From: an uncultured virus (IMG/VR IMGVR_UViG_3300042450_001219)
Lineage: Duplodnaviria; Heunggongvirae; Uroviricota; Caudoviricetes
Length of the DNA: 54,669 bases
Direction: 5' to 3' (one strand)
Virus record (IMG/VR): IMGVR_UViG_3300042450_001219
Shown here: piece by piece, positions 27,401 to 36,920 of the stretch
How positions within the stretch are numbered: the stretch's first letter is position 1
How the letters are laid out: each line of letters begins with the position of its first letter
Notes under the pieces: model-generated
Databases searched by the model: none
The model's input: only the letters and a program-made list of their open reading frames with translations
Told to the model about the DNA's origin: nothing
Translations under genes and position numbers: made by a program

Positions 27401-30400
27401 GTTAATCCAAGCTTAACATTGGTAGCTTTGCCCTGAGTTTGGCGACCCATCATTCCGCTACCTATCCCCTCTATAAATGAGGTGATAGCATTTACTGGAT
27501 TAAACTTACTAAACCAGTTACCGTTTTTATTACCTACGAAACCGCCAGTTGCAAATGTCATAAAACCAGGTCCGTAAACGCCGTTTCCAATGCCTCCCAT
27601 AGAAGCTCCAGATCCTGCGTAACGCATTGGATCCTTGTCAAGACCCATTCCTGGCCCACTATACTTAATAGGCTGCTCGGCTATCTGATGCCAGTAATCT
27701 GAGCGATTAGCTATCTTTCCACTAAACGGAAGTCCTGGTATCTCTGTTCCGCCCCAAATATCTTTACCCTTGGCAGGACCGTATCTTAGCGCTCCCCATC
27801 TTTGAGTATAAGGACTTCCTGAAGGACTTCCATCACTCCAGTAATCTGGCATGTCTTCATCATATGGATTCCATCTAAATTTTGACCCTGGTAAATTTCT
27901 TCCATGTCTATGGCCAACTGGCCCTCCCTTATGTAGCTTTTGTGCATTTAATGCATCAAGTGCCTCTACGCCATATTTTGCAACAGAAGATGCTCTAACT
28001 ACATATTCTCCATTTGAAAGCATTGCTGGAATTGAATCTGATGTTCCAGTTCCTTCACCTCTGACTGGCCCACCATCAGCTTTTGTAGTAATTTTTTGTA
28101 GCTGGATGTTACCATCCTTAAGTACAACAAATTGTTTTATTGTTCCATCGGCTTCTCTAAAGTAAAAGTTAGTTCCTGGCTTATAGCCTTTCTTTTGGGC
28201 AAACTTTTTTACCTGTTCTCTACTGCTATTTGGATCATACTTATCTCCCCAATTAATAGAACTCTTACCCAATTGTCCAACAGTCGTTCCAGCATTTATT
28301 GGGTCAGAATAAGTTCCAGTGCCTTTTCCTTTTAGAGCAGCAACGATTTCTTCAGTCATTGTTTTTATCGAGTAGCCTTTACCTCCAGTAATCTGAGTAG
28401 CCATACTAGATACCAATGCAACGTCTCTATCAAGTATCTTTAAAATATCTTTATTTAAAGTGGTAATTGTTGTTGCGGTTACACCCCTGGTTGTAGCGTC
28501 AGGTAAACCAGGAGATTCAACATAAACCTTCTTTACTGTTCCATCTTTATTAAAGTACTGGGCAAAAGATTCTCTTATAGCTTTTGCGGTTTCGCTTGAT
28601 CCAGTTCCAGCTACACCAACTTTTTTAAGCAAATCGTCTAGCTTGCCGACAAGCTGGGCCTCCGCCTTTCTTTTCGCTTCGCTTTCTGGCATCATGCTAT
28701 TTGTTATTCTTAAAGCGGTTATCTCATCGTAAGTTGCTTTAAATCCTTTAACTACATCCATAACTGCAGCAGCATTTGTTGCATTATCTTGTCTGTCCTG
28801 GAAAGCAATTGCTTTTTTATCAGCTGCAGCTTGTTTTGCATCTATTTTCTTTTGCTCAATAGCTTTTAGTCTAGCTGCTTCATCTTGTATTGCTTTTTCA
28901 GCTAAGTCCGCTTGTCTATTAGATGTAAGCTGATCAATGCTTATTCTTGCTCTGGCTGCACCAGAAACATCTCCACGAGCAACAGCGTCCGCATATTCTA
29001 TTTGAAGTTTTTGCAATTCTAATGCATAGTTAGATGCGTCTTGAGTTGCTCTTAAAGAATCTAGCTTTTTATTTTTTTCATCTTCAATAAGGCTAATTTT
29101 TTTAGCAATTAATTTTATTTCTTCCTGAATGTTTCTTTGAGAAACTGCTGCTGCTTTTTGTGAAGCTGCTGAAGTAGCTAAAATTGATTCTTGCAGTCTC
29201 TTTAATACCTTGCCAGTTGACCCATATGTATTATTTTCATCACCAGCTTTAGTTAATTCAGAAATACCTGATCCAATTGCTGCAGTAAATCCAGCTAGCT
29301 TTATAGCTAAATTAGCATCGATAGCCTTTAGATCAATATTAATTCCAGAAGTAAACAGTTTAGTTTTTGCTATAATTGATTTTAATGTATCAAACTTATT
29401 TGTAATTTCTGCTAGCTTTGGGCTCATCTCTACCAAAGTATCATACGTATCTTTGCCAATTGGAATATTAAATTCAGGTATATTCTTTTCTGTGCTGGCC
29501 AATATTGTTTGATATGCTTCATGCTCATCAATAAGATCTCCTTGAGCATTTTTTGTTCCAATGAGCGCTTGAGTGCCTGCGTTAACTATGCCAATCATGC
29601 TTTCAAAACCAGAGATAACAGCTTTCTTTTGTGCGTTAGCATCTGCAAAAGTATCTGTTATAGCGTTATATGGAGACATTGGGTTCCACAAGCTTACATC
29701 TTTAGTATTAAATATCTGCCATACTGACTTATTGTTATTTAATGTGTTTACTAAATTGCTAACAGCATATTCTGCTGCAGTTGATTTATCTTGAATTGCG
29801 CCAAAGCCTTGATCTGCCAACAACTTGTAAGCCTGTGAAGCCTTTTCGCTATTAGCAATTGCTCCATATATCATGGAGTTTGCTTGCTCTATACTTAAGC
29901 CTCCTGCAACATATTGTGCTTTTTGATTATTTATTAATCTTTGAAGTTCACCTGTGCTTGAAGTTCTATTAATAGATTCAATTAACTCTTTAAGGACCTT
30001 GCCATCTTCTTTTGCCTTTTTCATTTCGTCTATGGACTGAGGTATGCCAGGCATTCCTATTGAGTTGCTTTTCGATCCTTGTGCTGCTGCGTTTGCTAAT
30101 TTCTGTTTTTCAATATAGTCTGTTAAGTACTGATTAAGATTGAAATATTTTATTCCAGCTTGTTCAGCACCTTTTGCGGTAATAGATAGAGCCATTGCAG
30201 CATCTTGTTGAGCATTGCTATACTTCTTCCAAATATCAAGTCCTACCAAAACAACTGATAAAGTTGCGCCAAGTAATTTAAACTTTTTAACAAAATCTGC
30301 TGCGGCTGCGCCTGTTTTAGAAATTGCATCTTTAAAGTTCTTAAAAGCTTTAACTGATGCTACTATAGAAGCTGTAGTTGATTTTACTGAACTTGCCATT

Positions 30401-33400
30401 GTTTTCCATGGCAACATAGGCAGTATAGTAGAGGCACCCATAACGGCTAATCCAGCTGTCATTCCGCTCATGCCCAAAACTTTTTCCTGTTGCATTAATG
30501 ACATGGCGCCCATAGAGCCAGCCATTCCGATACCCATTTGGGCACCCATGCCCATTCCGCCTCTTACTCTAGTGTCAATTCCTGCGGCTTTTGCAGCCTT
30601 TGTGTTATAGATCTTGCCATCTGCATCCATAAATTCTCGGCGTCTATAGCCATAAGTTCCTACTTTACGACTCTTGACTCCATCTTGTCCAGAGTCTTTC
30701 CAAGCGCCAACTGCTCCAAGGCTTCCAACACCAGCCCCTGGGCCAGACATATACATCGGCATCATTTGTCCTGGATATGCTGCAGACAGCCTCTTGGACT
30801 GCTCTCTTAAAATACCTTCTCTAATAGTTCTTGTAGTTGTTCTTGCAGAGCTTATTCGTTCTTTTGCATAATCTGCATAAGCTGAACTCAGATATTTTCC
30901 TGAATTCATAATTCCGTATCTTAATCCTACTGTGCCTAATTTAATTGAGTCAGTTAAAGATTTAAAAGATCTAGTTATTCCTGCTGGAAGCTGACCAATT
31001 TGTGAAAGTCTCAAAGTGTTTATAGCCTGCTGAGATTGTCCAGTTTGCGATGCACCAAATGCGTTTCCAAAAACTCCAGCTCCGCCAACATAAGGAATTT
31101 GTTGTACTTGCATTTGAGGATTGCCTGAAGATGTGTATCCAGATCTAGATACAGGTGTTACTGATCGCTCAGCCTTTAATCTTTCCTGCTGAGCTCTTTT
31201 TGCTGGATTTCCTGATACTCTAGATCCATCTTTTTTACGTCCATAAGCATATCTACTTCTTTGAACAGGGCCTCCACCAACTGGTCCTCCAGCATTAAGA
31301 TATTTTGGATTAACGTGCATTGCATGATACTTAGACCAATCAACATCCATTCCTTCTTCAAATCTCTTAAGCAATGCATCATAAGGCTTTCTATCTTTTT
31401 TAGGAAGAGACTTGATGTATCTCTTTAATTCTGGATATGCGGCTTCCATCTTTTCTTTAATCTTATCGCCATATTCTTTTGCAGTCATCTTTGCAATAAT
31501 AGGAGCGGTATCACGAGCAAAATCTTTTCTAGATCCACCCTTGACTTGCAACAAGTTTGCCAGTGCCATCTCTTCCATAGATGGTAATGTTTTTGCATAG
31601 TCATCATTCATAGATGCTTTAGCTAAAACTCCACCGTTGCCAACATCTGCTAATCTTCTTCCGTGTACATTTGATCTAGACAAATCTTTATTTGCAAGAA
31701 TCATTGATGCAATAAATTGATCTAAAACTTCATCTTGAGTAAACTTTCCAGGTACTGATGTATTTGGATTAATAAAGCCTTCATCGTAATCTGACTCTGC
31801 TCCAAGGAATCTAGACTTGCCAGTTGGGTCCAGTGGATTGCGAATTGATCTTGCAACTTGAACTGGAGTTACAAGACCTAGGATTCTTCCAATTTCTGTT
31901 CCACGCATTTCTGCTGTTAAGCTAACTTCATTTGGAACCGCTTTAAAGAACACCTTTTTCTTTTCTTCGTTTTGATAAACCCCAGCAACTCCAGGAACTG
32001 GGAAACTTCTTCCTGTGCTTGGTGTTAGCAAATGACTATATGATGCTGGAATATATCCAGCAGGTGTTGTGGCGGACATTTCACGAGCTTGCTGCAATAT
32101 TTTAAGTTGTTGTGCTGGCGCCAATAATCTTAGAGCTGGGGATACAAATCCATAATTTTTTCTGTTTCTAGATATTGATCCACCTGGAATCATTCCGCCC
32201 TTGTTAAATGCTCCAGCAAGTGGACCTAGTGCTGGTTTTGCAAAAGAAATTCCCCTGCCCGCCAACCTTCCACCAAGTGTTGTGACCATTTTAGAGTTAT
32301 AGCCCACTCCAGATTTTATTCTCGACAAGGTAAGCTGTCTAATGATTTCCTTCATTGTTGTGGGGCCTGTAATTCCCAACTTAGCTTTAAGTTTTTTAAT
32401 CCCTGCTATAAAGTTGCTTTTCGCTTCGTCTTTAAATGGTGAAACTTCATCTAGAAAAACACCATCTGTACTTTGCTGTAACCAGTTGCCCATTGTGTTA
32501 AATGATCTCGAAAGTCCAGTAGATTGACCAACAAAATTATTTGATCTTACTCCAGTAACACCAGCATATTTTTCTGCTTCTGCTCTTGACATTCCTTCTT
32601 CAACAAGCAGGGCTTGCAACTCTCCTGGCTTAAATATTGAAGCAGATCTTTTTGCAGTCATAGTATGAGATTTAGAAATTGGATCGTAAAAATCTGATGT
32701 TTGGCCTAAAATTCCAAAGACTTTCTTTGCTTGAGCTTGAGTTAAAACTCCTTCTTTTACTAAATCGTCAATCACAGATCTCATTGTTCCTGCATATGTC
32801 TGAGGAGCTATAGCTTTCATACGAGCTGATTTTGCATTTTGATCGTACTTATTTTTATCTGAATATTTATCTAGAATTAAATTTGCACCTGGGAACTCTT
32901 TGCTCAATCTAATAAGCTGAGCTGTTCTTGCCTTTACAAACTCTTCTGTTTTTCTTGTCCCATTTTTGGCTGCTGCTTTTTTAGCATGCTCTATTGCTGA
33001 ATCATAATCTGCAGAAACTCTCTTTGTGGCATCTTTAATATCCATTCCAGTAAGTTGTGAAAGGATTGCAGCATCAGAAGCAACTGTTGCTGCTCTAATT
33101 ACTTTTGGATAATCCTTAGAGTTAACTAATCTTGCCCATATTGATAGAGTGCTTTCTCTTCCATACCCATATGTGCCACTCATGATCTGCCCACCAAAAT
33201 TGTATCCGCTATTTGCGGCATCAACTGCTGCATAAAGCTCAGGCATTCTTTGAATTTGAGGACCAAAAACTACTTCCCGTGGAGTAAGAGCTGCTGTAAT
33301 ATTTCCACCGTCATTTAAATATGTGCTTGGAGCCATTGCAACTAATGCGGCATTTGCTGGATCCATTGCAGCTTGCTGGTTCAAAACATATCCACCCAGA

Positions 33401-36192
33401 GGAACGCTTCCAAGTCTGTCGTCGTAATTAATTGAAGAAGGTCCAGAAACCATAGTCTTGTTTGGTCCAAACGATTCAATGTCTCCACCAGTATTAAACT
33501 TAGGCATTCTTGTTGTTTGAATACTATATGGTGCTCCAAATGTTCTTACGCCACGAACTCTTCCAAACTCTTCCATAACAGAAGCGTTTGTTTTTTTCTT
33601 GTATAAATCTCTAAGTGTAAATTGTCCATTAGCATCAACAACTGGTTGATCCATCATTGGGGCTCTTGTTAAATCAATTCTTCTTCCTCGACCAGCAGCA
33701 TATGCTGTTACTGCAGAACCCATGTCTGCTTCTATCTGTGCATTAAGTGCAAGTATTCTTGCCTTAGCCTGATCAACTGTTATTTCTGCATTTCTCATTT
33801 GCTGAACAATTAATGCAGATTGAGTTGCTGCGCTATCTGCAAATCTTTGAGTTATTGGAAGGATGTCATCAAATGTATCCAAAAGTTCTCTGCTTACAGT
33901 TCCACCCATTGCAATTGTTTTCTTAAGCACTGCAACTTCTTGTTCTGTTTGCATTCCAAGTGTTGCCATTAGCGCATGGAACTTGGCAGCCTCTGGCGCA
34001 ACAATTCCTGTAGATATTCCCTTAACGCTTGTTAGGCCTTCAACATTTGGAAGTCTATCATGCATATAAATTTGAGGAGTTCTTGATATACCTCTATTAA
34101 CTGGGATAGCTCCTGGGACTCCGCCAAATATAGTTGCAGGATTATTTAAATCTCTTGGTCTAATATGAGACATTGCTCTAGTGTTAGGATCTCCAACATA
34201 TGGATCGTTAGGGTCTACAACTCTTCTTCCGCCAACCATCACTGGGTTACCAGCAACAGTGCTAACTCCTCCATTTACTGGAACTGCATTTTTCATTGAT
34301 GCCGCTTGTAGACTTTGATAATCTAAAACAAGCTTTTGTAACGCATTGTGAAGAACTTGAGCTGCTGCTGCATCTGAATAAAATGCATTTTCAACCATAA
34401 GTGCTGCTTTTTCAGCAGCAATAATTTCTGGAGTAAGCATCTTCCAGCCATTGGCCTTCATAAAGAATGCTCTTAGTTGAACAACTCCCTTAGTTATATA
34501 TCCAAAGAAGTTTGCGAGCACACCAGTTAACATAATAAGAGGACCAACCAGTGCTGTAAATCCAGCTAAAAATGTTAATCCCTTTTTAATTGGGTCAGGC
34601 AACTTAGTAAAGAAATCCAAAATCTTTGTGGCTGCGCTTATAAGCTTGGTAGCAACTCCAAGAAACTCTTCTCCGACATCTGCAAGCTCTGCCTTAAGGC
34701 CTTCTATAGCTCTCTTGTATTTACCAGATGCGGACTCTGTAACCATTTTTAATTCTCGGCTAGCAACATCTGCTAGGTCTGCAGTACTTGCTTTCATTAG
34801 ATCTAAAACCTGAAGCGTCTGGCTACCTTGCTTGCCTAAGTTATTAAGCAATGCGCTCATTCTTGCAAACTGGAACTTACCAAACATCTGCTCCATCGCT
34901 CTTGCTTTACTTAGTGGATCAAGTGAGTCTAATGCTTTTTGTAAATCCATAAGAAGCCCAGTTGTGTCTCCTGTGTTTTTAGAAACCATACCCATTACAT
35001 CTATGCCAAATTCTGACATCATGCCAACGGTTTGCTTTGTTGGATTAATAAGAGAGGCTAGACCAGACTTTAAAGCGTTAGCACCTTCTGATGCGCTGAT
35101 TCCACCTTCTCTCATTGCGGTTAGATAAAGAGCTAAATCTTTAACGTCACCACCTAATTGCTGAATTACTGGACCAGCTTTTGGAATAGCTTCTACTAGA
35201 TCGTTAAGAGTTGTTGACGTCTGGTTTTCAACTGCGTTAAGAAAGTTAATTGATTCTGTTAGCTGTTCTGTATTTTGCTTAAAAGCTGTTTGAATTGATA
35301 GAGTTGCTTTCATTGCATCTTGTCTATCAACTTCACCGAGTATTGCTAGTCTTGTTGTTTCTGCAATTGATCCAAGAAGCTCGTCACCAGTTTGTCCTGT
35401 TGCCGCGATATCAGCACCTAGCGCAATAGTTTCTTTAAAAGATGCACCCATTGTCTTGGATAAAACTTTTGCTGTTTCAACAACTTCTTCTCTAATTGCT
35501 CTTAAATCTGAAGCGGATGTAGCTGCAAGACCGCCATAAACTTTTGTTAATCTTACAAGCTCTGCGTCTGCTTCTCTAAATGCTTTTCCAGCTGCCGCCC
35601 CAAACATAGTGAGGGGAACTGTGAGTCCTACTGTAAGCTGTCTACCTGCCCACTGAGTATTTTTACCCCAGTTAATTAAAGACCCTGCTCCTTCAGATAA
35701 TGCACGATTCATAATCTGCATTTCCATGCGAGCTAATTTTCCGCTATTTGCTATTGCATCTAAGCCTCTAGGAATCATTACATTGTATTGCATTAAACCT
35801 TGAGCATTTCTGCCCAGAGGTTGCAGTACTGAATTTTGAAGCATTACCTGTTCTTTGGCAAGCTCCCTGATCATACCCTTTTGAGTTGTAGAGTGCTCTC
35901 TAAATGTTTGGAAATAGTTCTTAAGCTTTAGTCTACCAGCATCTAAGTTTTTACCAAATTTATCTACATCAGAATTAAGGTTTACAAAGTGGCTAGAGAA
36001 CTGCCCGCTTCCAGTTAATGTATCTCTAAATAAATTGTTTGCTAACTTTGTTGAAGAAGATATTGCTTTGTTTGATGCAAGGAGTTCTCTTTGTAGTTGC
36101 TGGAGACTAGCACTAGCCCTGTGTACTTCAGACACAAGGCTAGACAAGTCGGCTTTGGCGACTATACTGGTTACAATTTGTTCGTCAGCCAT
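24418..36192 (-). CDS. tape measure protein with appended cargo domains (3924 aa)
   Basis: TP901-type core (LTVGLTVPL...AVENQTSTTLNDL...GANALKSGL); GGPVRGEGTGTSDSIPAMLSNGEYVV and AMLHKDEAVIP motifs; directly after the tail chaperones. Confidence 0.93.
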   Translation of the reverse strand: MADEQIVTSIVAKADLSSLVSEVHRASASLQQLQRELLASNKAISSSTKLANNLFRDTLTGSGQFSSHFVNLNSDVDKFGKNLDAGRLKLKNYFQTFREHSTTQKGMIRELAKEQVMLQNSVLQPLGRNAQGLMQYNVMIPRGLDAIANSGKLARMEMQIMNRALSEGAGSLINWGKNTQWAGRQLTVGLTVPLTMFGAAAGKAFREADAELVRLTKVYGGLAATSASDLRAIREEVVETAKVLSKTMGASFKETIALGADIAATGQTGDELLGSIAETTRLAILGEVDRQDAMKATLSIQTAFKQNTEQLTESINFLNAVENQTSTTLNDLVEAIPKAGPVIQQLGGDVKDLALYLTAMREGGISASEGANALKSGLASLINPTKQTVGMMSEFGIDVMGMVSKNTGDTTGLLMDLQKALDSLDPLSKARAMEQMFGKFQFARMSALLNNLGKQGSQTLQVLDLMKASTADLADVASRELKMVTESASGKYKRAIEGLKAELADVGEEFLGVATKLISAATKILDFFTKLPDPIKKGLTFLAGFTALVGPLIMLTGVLANFFGYITKGVVQLRAFFMKANGWKMLTPEIIAAEKAALMVENAFYSDAAAAQVLHNALQKLVLDYQSLQAASMKNAVPVNGGVSTVAGNPVMVGGRRVVDPNDPYVGDPNTRAMSHIRPRDLNNPATIFGGVPGAIPVNRGISRTPQIYMHDRLPNVEGLTSVKGISTGIVAPEAAKFHALMATLGMQTEQEVAVLKKTIAMGGTVSRELLDTFDDILPITQRFADSAATQSALIVQQMRNAEITVDQAKARILALNAQIEADMGSAVTAYAAGRGRRIDLTRAPMMDQPVVDANGQFTLRDLYKKKTNASVMEEFGRVRGVRTFGAPYSIQTTRMPKFNTGGDIESFGPNKTMVSGPSSINYDDRLGSVPLGGYVLNQQAAMDPANAALVAMAPSTYLNDGGNITAALTPREVVFGPQIQRMPELYAAVDAANSGYNFGGQIMSGTYGYGRESTLSIWARLVNSKDYPKVIRAATVASDAAILSQLTGMDIKDATKRVSADYDSAIEHAKKAAAKNGTRKTEEFVKARTAQLIRLSKEFPGANLILDKYSDKNKYDQNAKSARMKAIAPQTYAGTMRSVIDDLVKEGVLTQAQAKKVFGILGQTSDFYDPISKSHTMTAKRSASIFKPGELQALLVEEGMSRAEAEKYAGVTGVRSNNFVGQSTGLSRSFNTMGNWLQQSTDGVFLDEVSPFKDEAKSNFIAGIKKLKAKLGITGPTTMKEIIRQLTLSRIKSGVGYNSKMVTTLGGRLAGRGISFAKPALGPLAGAFNKGGMIPGGSISRNRKNYGFVSPALRLLAPAQQLKILQQAREMSATTPAGYIPASYSHLLTPSTGRSFPVPGVAGVYQNEEKKKVFFKAVPNEVSLTAEMRGTEIGRILGLVTPVQVARSIRNPLDPTGKSRFLGAESDYDEGFINPNTSVPGKFTQDEVLDQFIASMILANKDLSRSNVHGRRLADVGNGGVLAKASMNDDYAKTLPSMEEMALANLLQVKGGSRKDFARDTAPIIAKMTAKEYGDKIKEKMEAAYPELKRYIKSLPKKDRKPYDALLKRFEEGMDVDWSKYHAMHVNPKYLNAGGPVGGGPVQRSRYAYGRKKDGSRVSGNPAKRAQQERLKAERSVTPVSRSGYTSSGNPQMQVQQIPYVGGAGVFGNAFGASQTGQSQQAINTLRLSQIGQLPAGITRSFKSLTDSIKLGTVGLRYGIMNSGKYLSSAYADYAKERISSARTTTRTIREGILREQSKRLSAAYPGQMMPMYMSGPGAGVGSLGAVGAWKDSGQDGVKSRKVGTYGYRRREFMDADGKIYNTKAAKAAGIDTRVRGGMGMGAQMGIGMAGSMGAMSLMQQEKVLGMSGMTAGLAVMGASTILPMLPWKTMASSVKSTTASIVASVKAFKNFKDAISKTGAAAADFVKKFKLLGATLSVVLVGLDIWKKYSNAQQDAAMALSITAKGAEQAGIKYFNLNQYLTDYIEKQKLANAAAQGSKSNSIGMPGIPQSIDEMKKAKEDGKVLKELIESINRTSSTGELQRLINNQKAQYVAGGLSIEQANSMIYGAIANSEKASQAYKLLADQGFGAIQDKSTAAEYAVSNLVNTLNNNKSVWQIFNTKDVSLWNPMSPYNAITDTFADANAQKKAVISGFESMIGIVNAGTQALIGTKNAQGDLIDEHEAYQTILASTEKNIPEFNIPIGKDTYDTLVEMSPKLAEITNKFDTLKSIIAKTKLFTSGINIDLKAIDANLAIKLAGFTAAIGSGISELTKAGDENNTYGSTGKVLKRLQESILATSAASQKAAAVSQRNIQEEIKLIAKKISLIEDEKNKKLDSLRATQDASNYALELQKLQIEYADAVARGDVSGAARARISIDQLTSNRQADLAEKAIQDEAARLKAIEQKKIDAKQAAADKKAIAFQDRQDNATNAAAVMDVVKGFKATYDEITALRITNSMMPESEAKRKAEAQLVGKLDDLLKKVGVAGTGSSETAKAIRESFAQYFNKDGTVKKVYVESPGLPDATTRGVTATTITTLNKDILKILDRDVALVSSMATQITGGKGYSIKTMTEEIVAALKGKGTGTYSDPINAGTTVGQLGKSSINWGDKYDPNSSREQVKKFAQKKGYKPGTNFYFREADGTIKQFVVLKDGNIQLQKITTKADGGPVRGEGTGTSDSIPAMLSNGEYVVRASSVAKYGVEALDALNAQKLHKGGPVGHRHGRNLPGSKFRWNPYDEDMPDYWSDGSPSGSPYTQRWGALRYGPAKGKDIWGGTEIPGLPFSGKIANRSDYWHQIAEQPIKYSGPGMGLDKDPMRYAGSGASMGGIGNGVYGPGFMTFATGGFVGNKNGNWFSKFNPVNAITSFIEGIGSGMMGRQTQGKATNVKLGLTQQEKDRALLQTAQMLSGYTSAFNLKNNTSPEIFGNKSLGVSADLLALLPAIGGLTKLATNSTSLLSKPAAISQNSAKLSIENGILRFKKSLPNDGVKINTKTGINNLLSKVAADDAIPYNLARDFKMTSTSAGEYSPNKTTITMPPSGMSGGTAVHEYAHHLDFTTKNWSFDAWLNSAKDNFDDGALAYLRKAYDSAQEIKLGQGQAAIENILTNFSSKNPNLIGNYRAVQEGVATDKTAGLYNSLVGQGKLDIARLIGNPYAHGTGYFSNFTHMARVLDENPSWRSPAYPEGFLAEGASKAMPASIRARYQSWVDKMKEYEITPGMDPMDPKWVALKYWAKENNFANGGLVGYHKGGPVGHRHGRNLPLNQEQKARKNKNLSYYDPKIDGPIKNYSDTSAKILTSGPFGIFAPLGALAADLFGVYFQGKTPGFGKNGAADLNPKSYEQHVSALMQGMFNPFAEIAKGSATTGDWVSAGLNFVPGVGAIKGVSALRARSAAYKIIDKAAISLPSEARVSLLPNAKLRSNFVALKKEGDLNSPEFAKARYELALSDALRAAKRNKFTALPDLKNTTAANLIEENKNLPKTIEELIKIEGKDYLFRFEKGDILPTDAPYIDKFLAGLKEGKETSKTFSAGGMHQAEILDPITKKQLSWVNYDPVTGYVHYRGTHVGYRGQHLSDALWNKATSITRIKHSDTLTDMGRPSALRIGGFMADDPYYGAVTSIPNLKQYLDMLMKIGKSKKPKPSTGEARSGIGSWLSGHTPSRQPSQPTSQPSSGIGVFGSDSNRFNDRNSIIGFQDDRLLYWSSADELRNSLRPEVVEWYGSPYRTSATFPYGPNGYIEPMALPELERILALERAFEARQPLSNRQMLTGEAYLESLRRGNGGYAMGGLVQNFSNSSLKNLGVPMFENGINMVPANMLAMLHKDEAVIPANMNPFNPNASAAVSGSVYNINVELNGTNVTAQDVATQIHREMRLKEMAAGVNRRVGG

Positions 36193-36563
36193 TAATTACT
36201 CCTAGAATATCCTAACCCTGCGCCAATTCCAAATCCAGCTTGTGCTGCGAATGTCCCTTGTAATCCAACAACATCATCTGCTGATGCTGTTATACCAAGT
36301 GCTCTTCTTTGGATATCTTCAAAGGTAGAACCTTTTTTTTCTTCTTCCACATCATCATCTAATTGTATTCCTTTTAGTGATGCTGCAAACTTTCTTTGGT
36401 TGTGCTCTTTTAGGTTTATCGCTGTTATGGTTTGAACCAACTCTGGCATCGATAAATTTTCTTCTAGCTCTTCGTAATTCTTCCAGTGTCCCAGAAGAAA
36501 AACTTGGCCTTCTAAAGCGGCTAAATCTAGTTCTGACCAGCCAGTACTGCTGCCGCTATCAGG
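36192..36563 (-). CDS. tail assembly chaperone, frameshifted C-terminal part (gpT-like)
   Basis: The -1 frame is open from the slippery site (PDSGSSTGWSELDLAALEGQVFLLGHWKNYEELEENLS) into the track ORF 36192..36449. Confidence 0.8.
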   Translation of the reverse strand, partial: PDSGSSTGWSELDLAALEGQVFLLGHWKNYEELEENLSMPELVQTITAINLKEHNQRKFAASLKGIQLDDDVEEEKKGSTFEDIQRRALGITASADDVVGLQGTFAAQAGFGIGAGLGYSRSN

Positions 36564-36859
36564 TTTGGGTCGTCCATCTTAATTCCTCCGCAAACTTCAA
36601 GGATGCGGTTAATTGTTGGAACGTCTAATGCTTCTTCAAGCTTATCTATATCTTTAACAAGATCAGGAAGTTGAGTTTCAATTGCTACTCCACATGCTTC
36701 AACTAAAATTCCAAGTGTGGCAGCTTCGTCTTCTGCATCTTGTACTTTCTTAATTACTTCCATAAACTTACGCAGTTGCTTGATTGATAATGGCTTGAGC
36801 TTTACTTTAGCTCCGCTTTGTAGTTCAATCTCTTCTACGTCATATACTGTTGTTGCCAT
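36527..36859 (-). CDS. tail assembly chaperone (gpG-like)
   Basis: Between major tail and tape measure genes; KLKPLSIKQLRKF; AAGGAGG RBS. Confidence 0.85.
   Translation of the reverse strand: MATTVYDVEEIELQSGAKVKLKPLSIKQLRKFMEVIKKVQDAEDEAATLGILVEACGVAIETQLPDLVKDIDKLEEALDVPTINRILEVCGGIKMDDPNLIAAAVLAGQN
36563..36569 (-). other. -1 programmed ribosomal frameshift heptamer C-CCA-AAC
   Basis: X-XXY-YYZ pattern in the correct phase (GAC CCA AAC, codons 97-99); shift joins gpG to gpT. Confidence 0.8.
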
Positions 36860-36887
36860 TGTATCCTCCTTAAGGATCGTCTAAATT

Positions 36888-36916
36888 ATTATAGCATAAT
36901 CATTATAAGGGTACAA
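36888..36916 (-). promoter_or_regulatory. sigma70-type promoter for chaperone/tape measure genes
   Basis: TTGTAC-N17-TATAAT with extended -10 (TGCTATAAT). Confidence 0.6.
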
Positions 36917-36920
36917 CAGC

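Noticed and set aside
24669..35128. Many plus-strand ORFs of 60-130 aa opposite the tape measure and other long genes
   Set aside because: Antisense shadows with no RBS, no recognisable motifs and full overlap with well-supported minus-strand genes.
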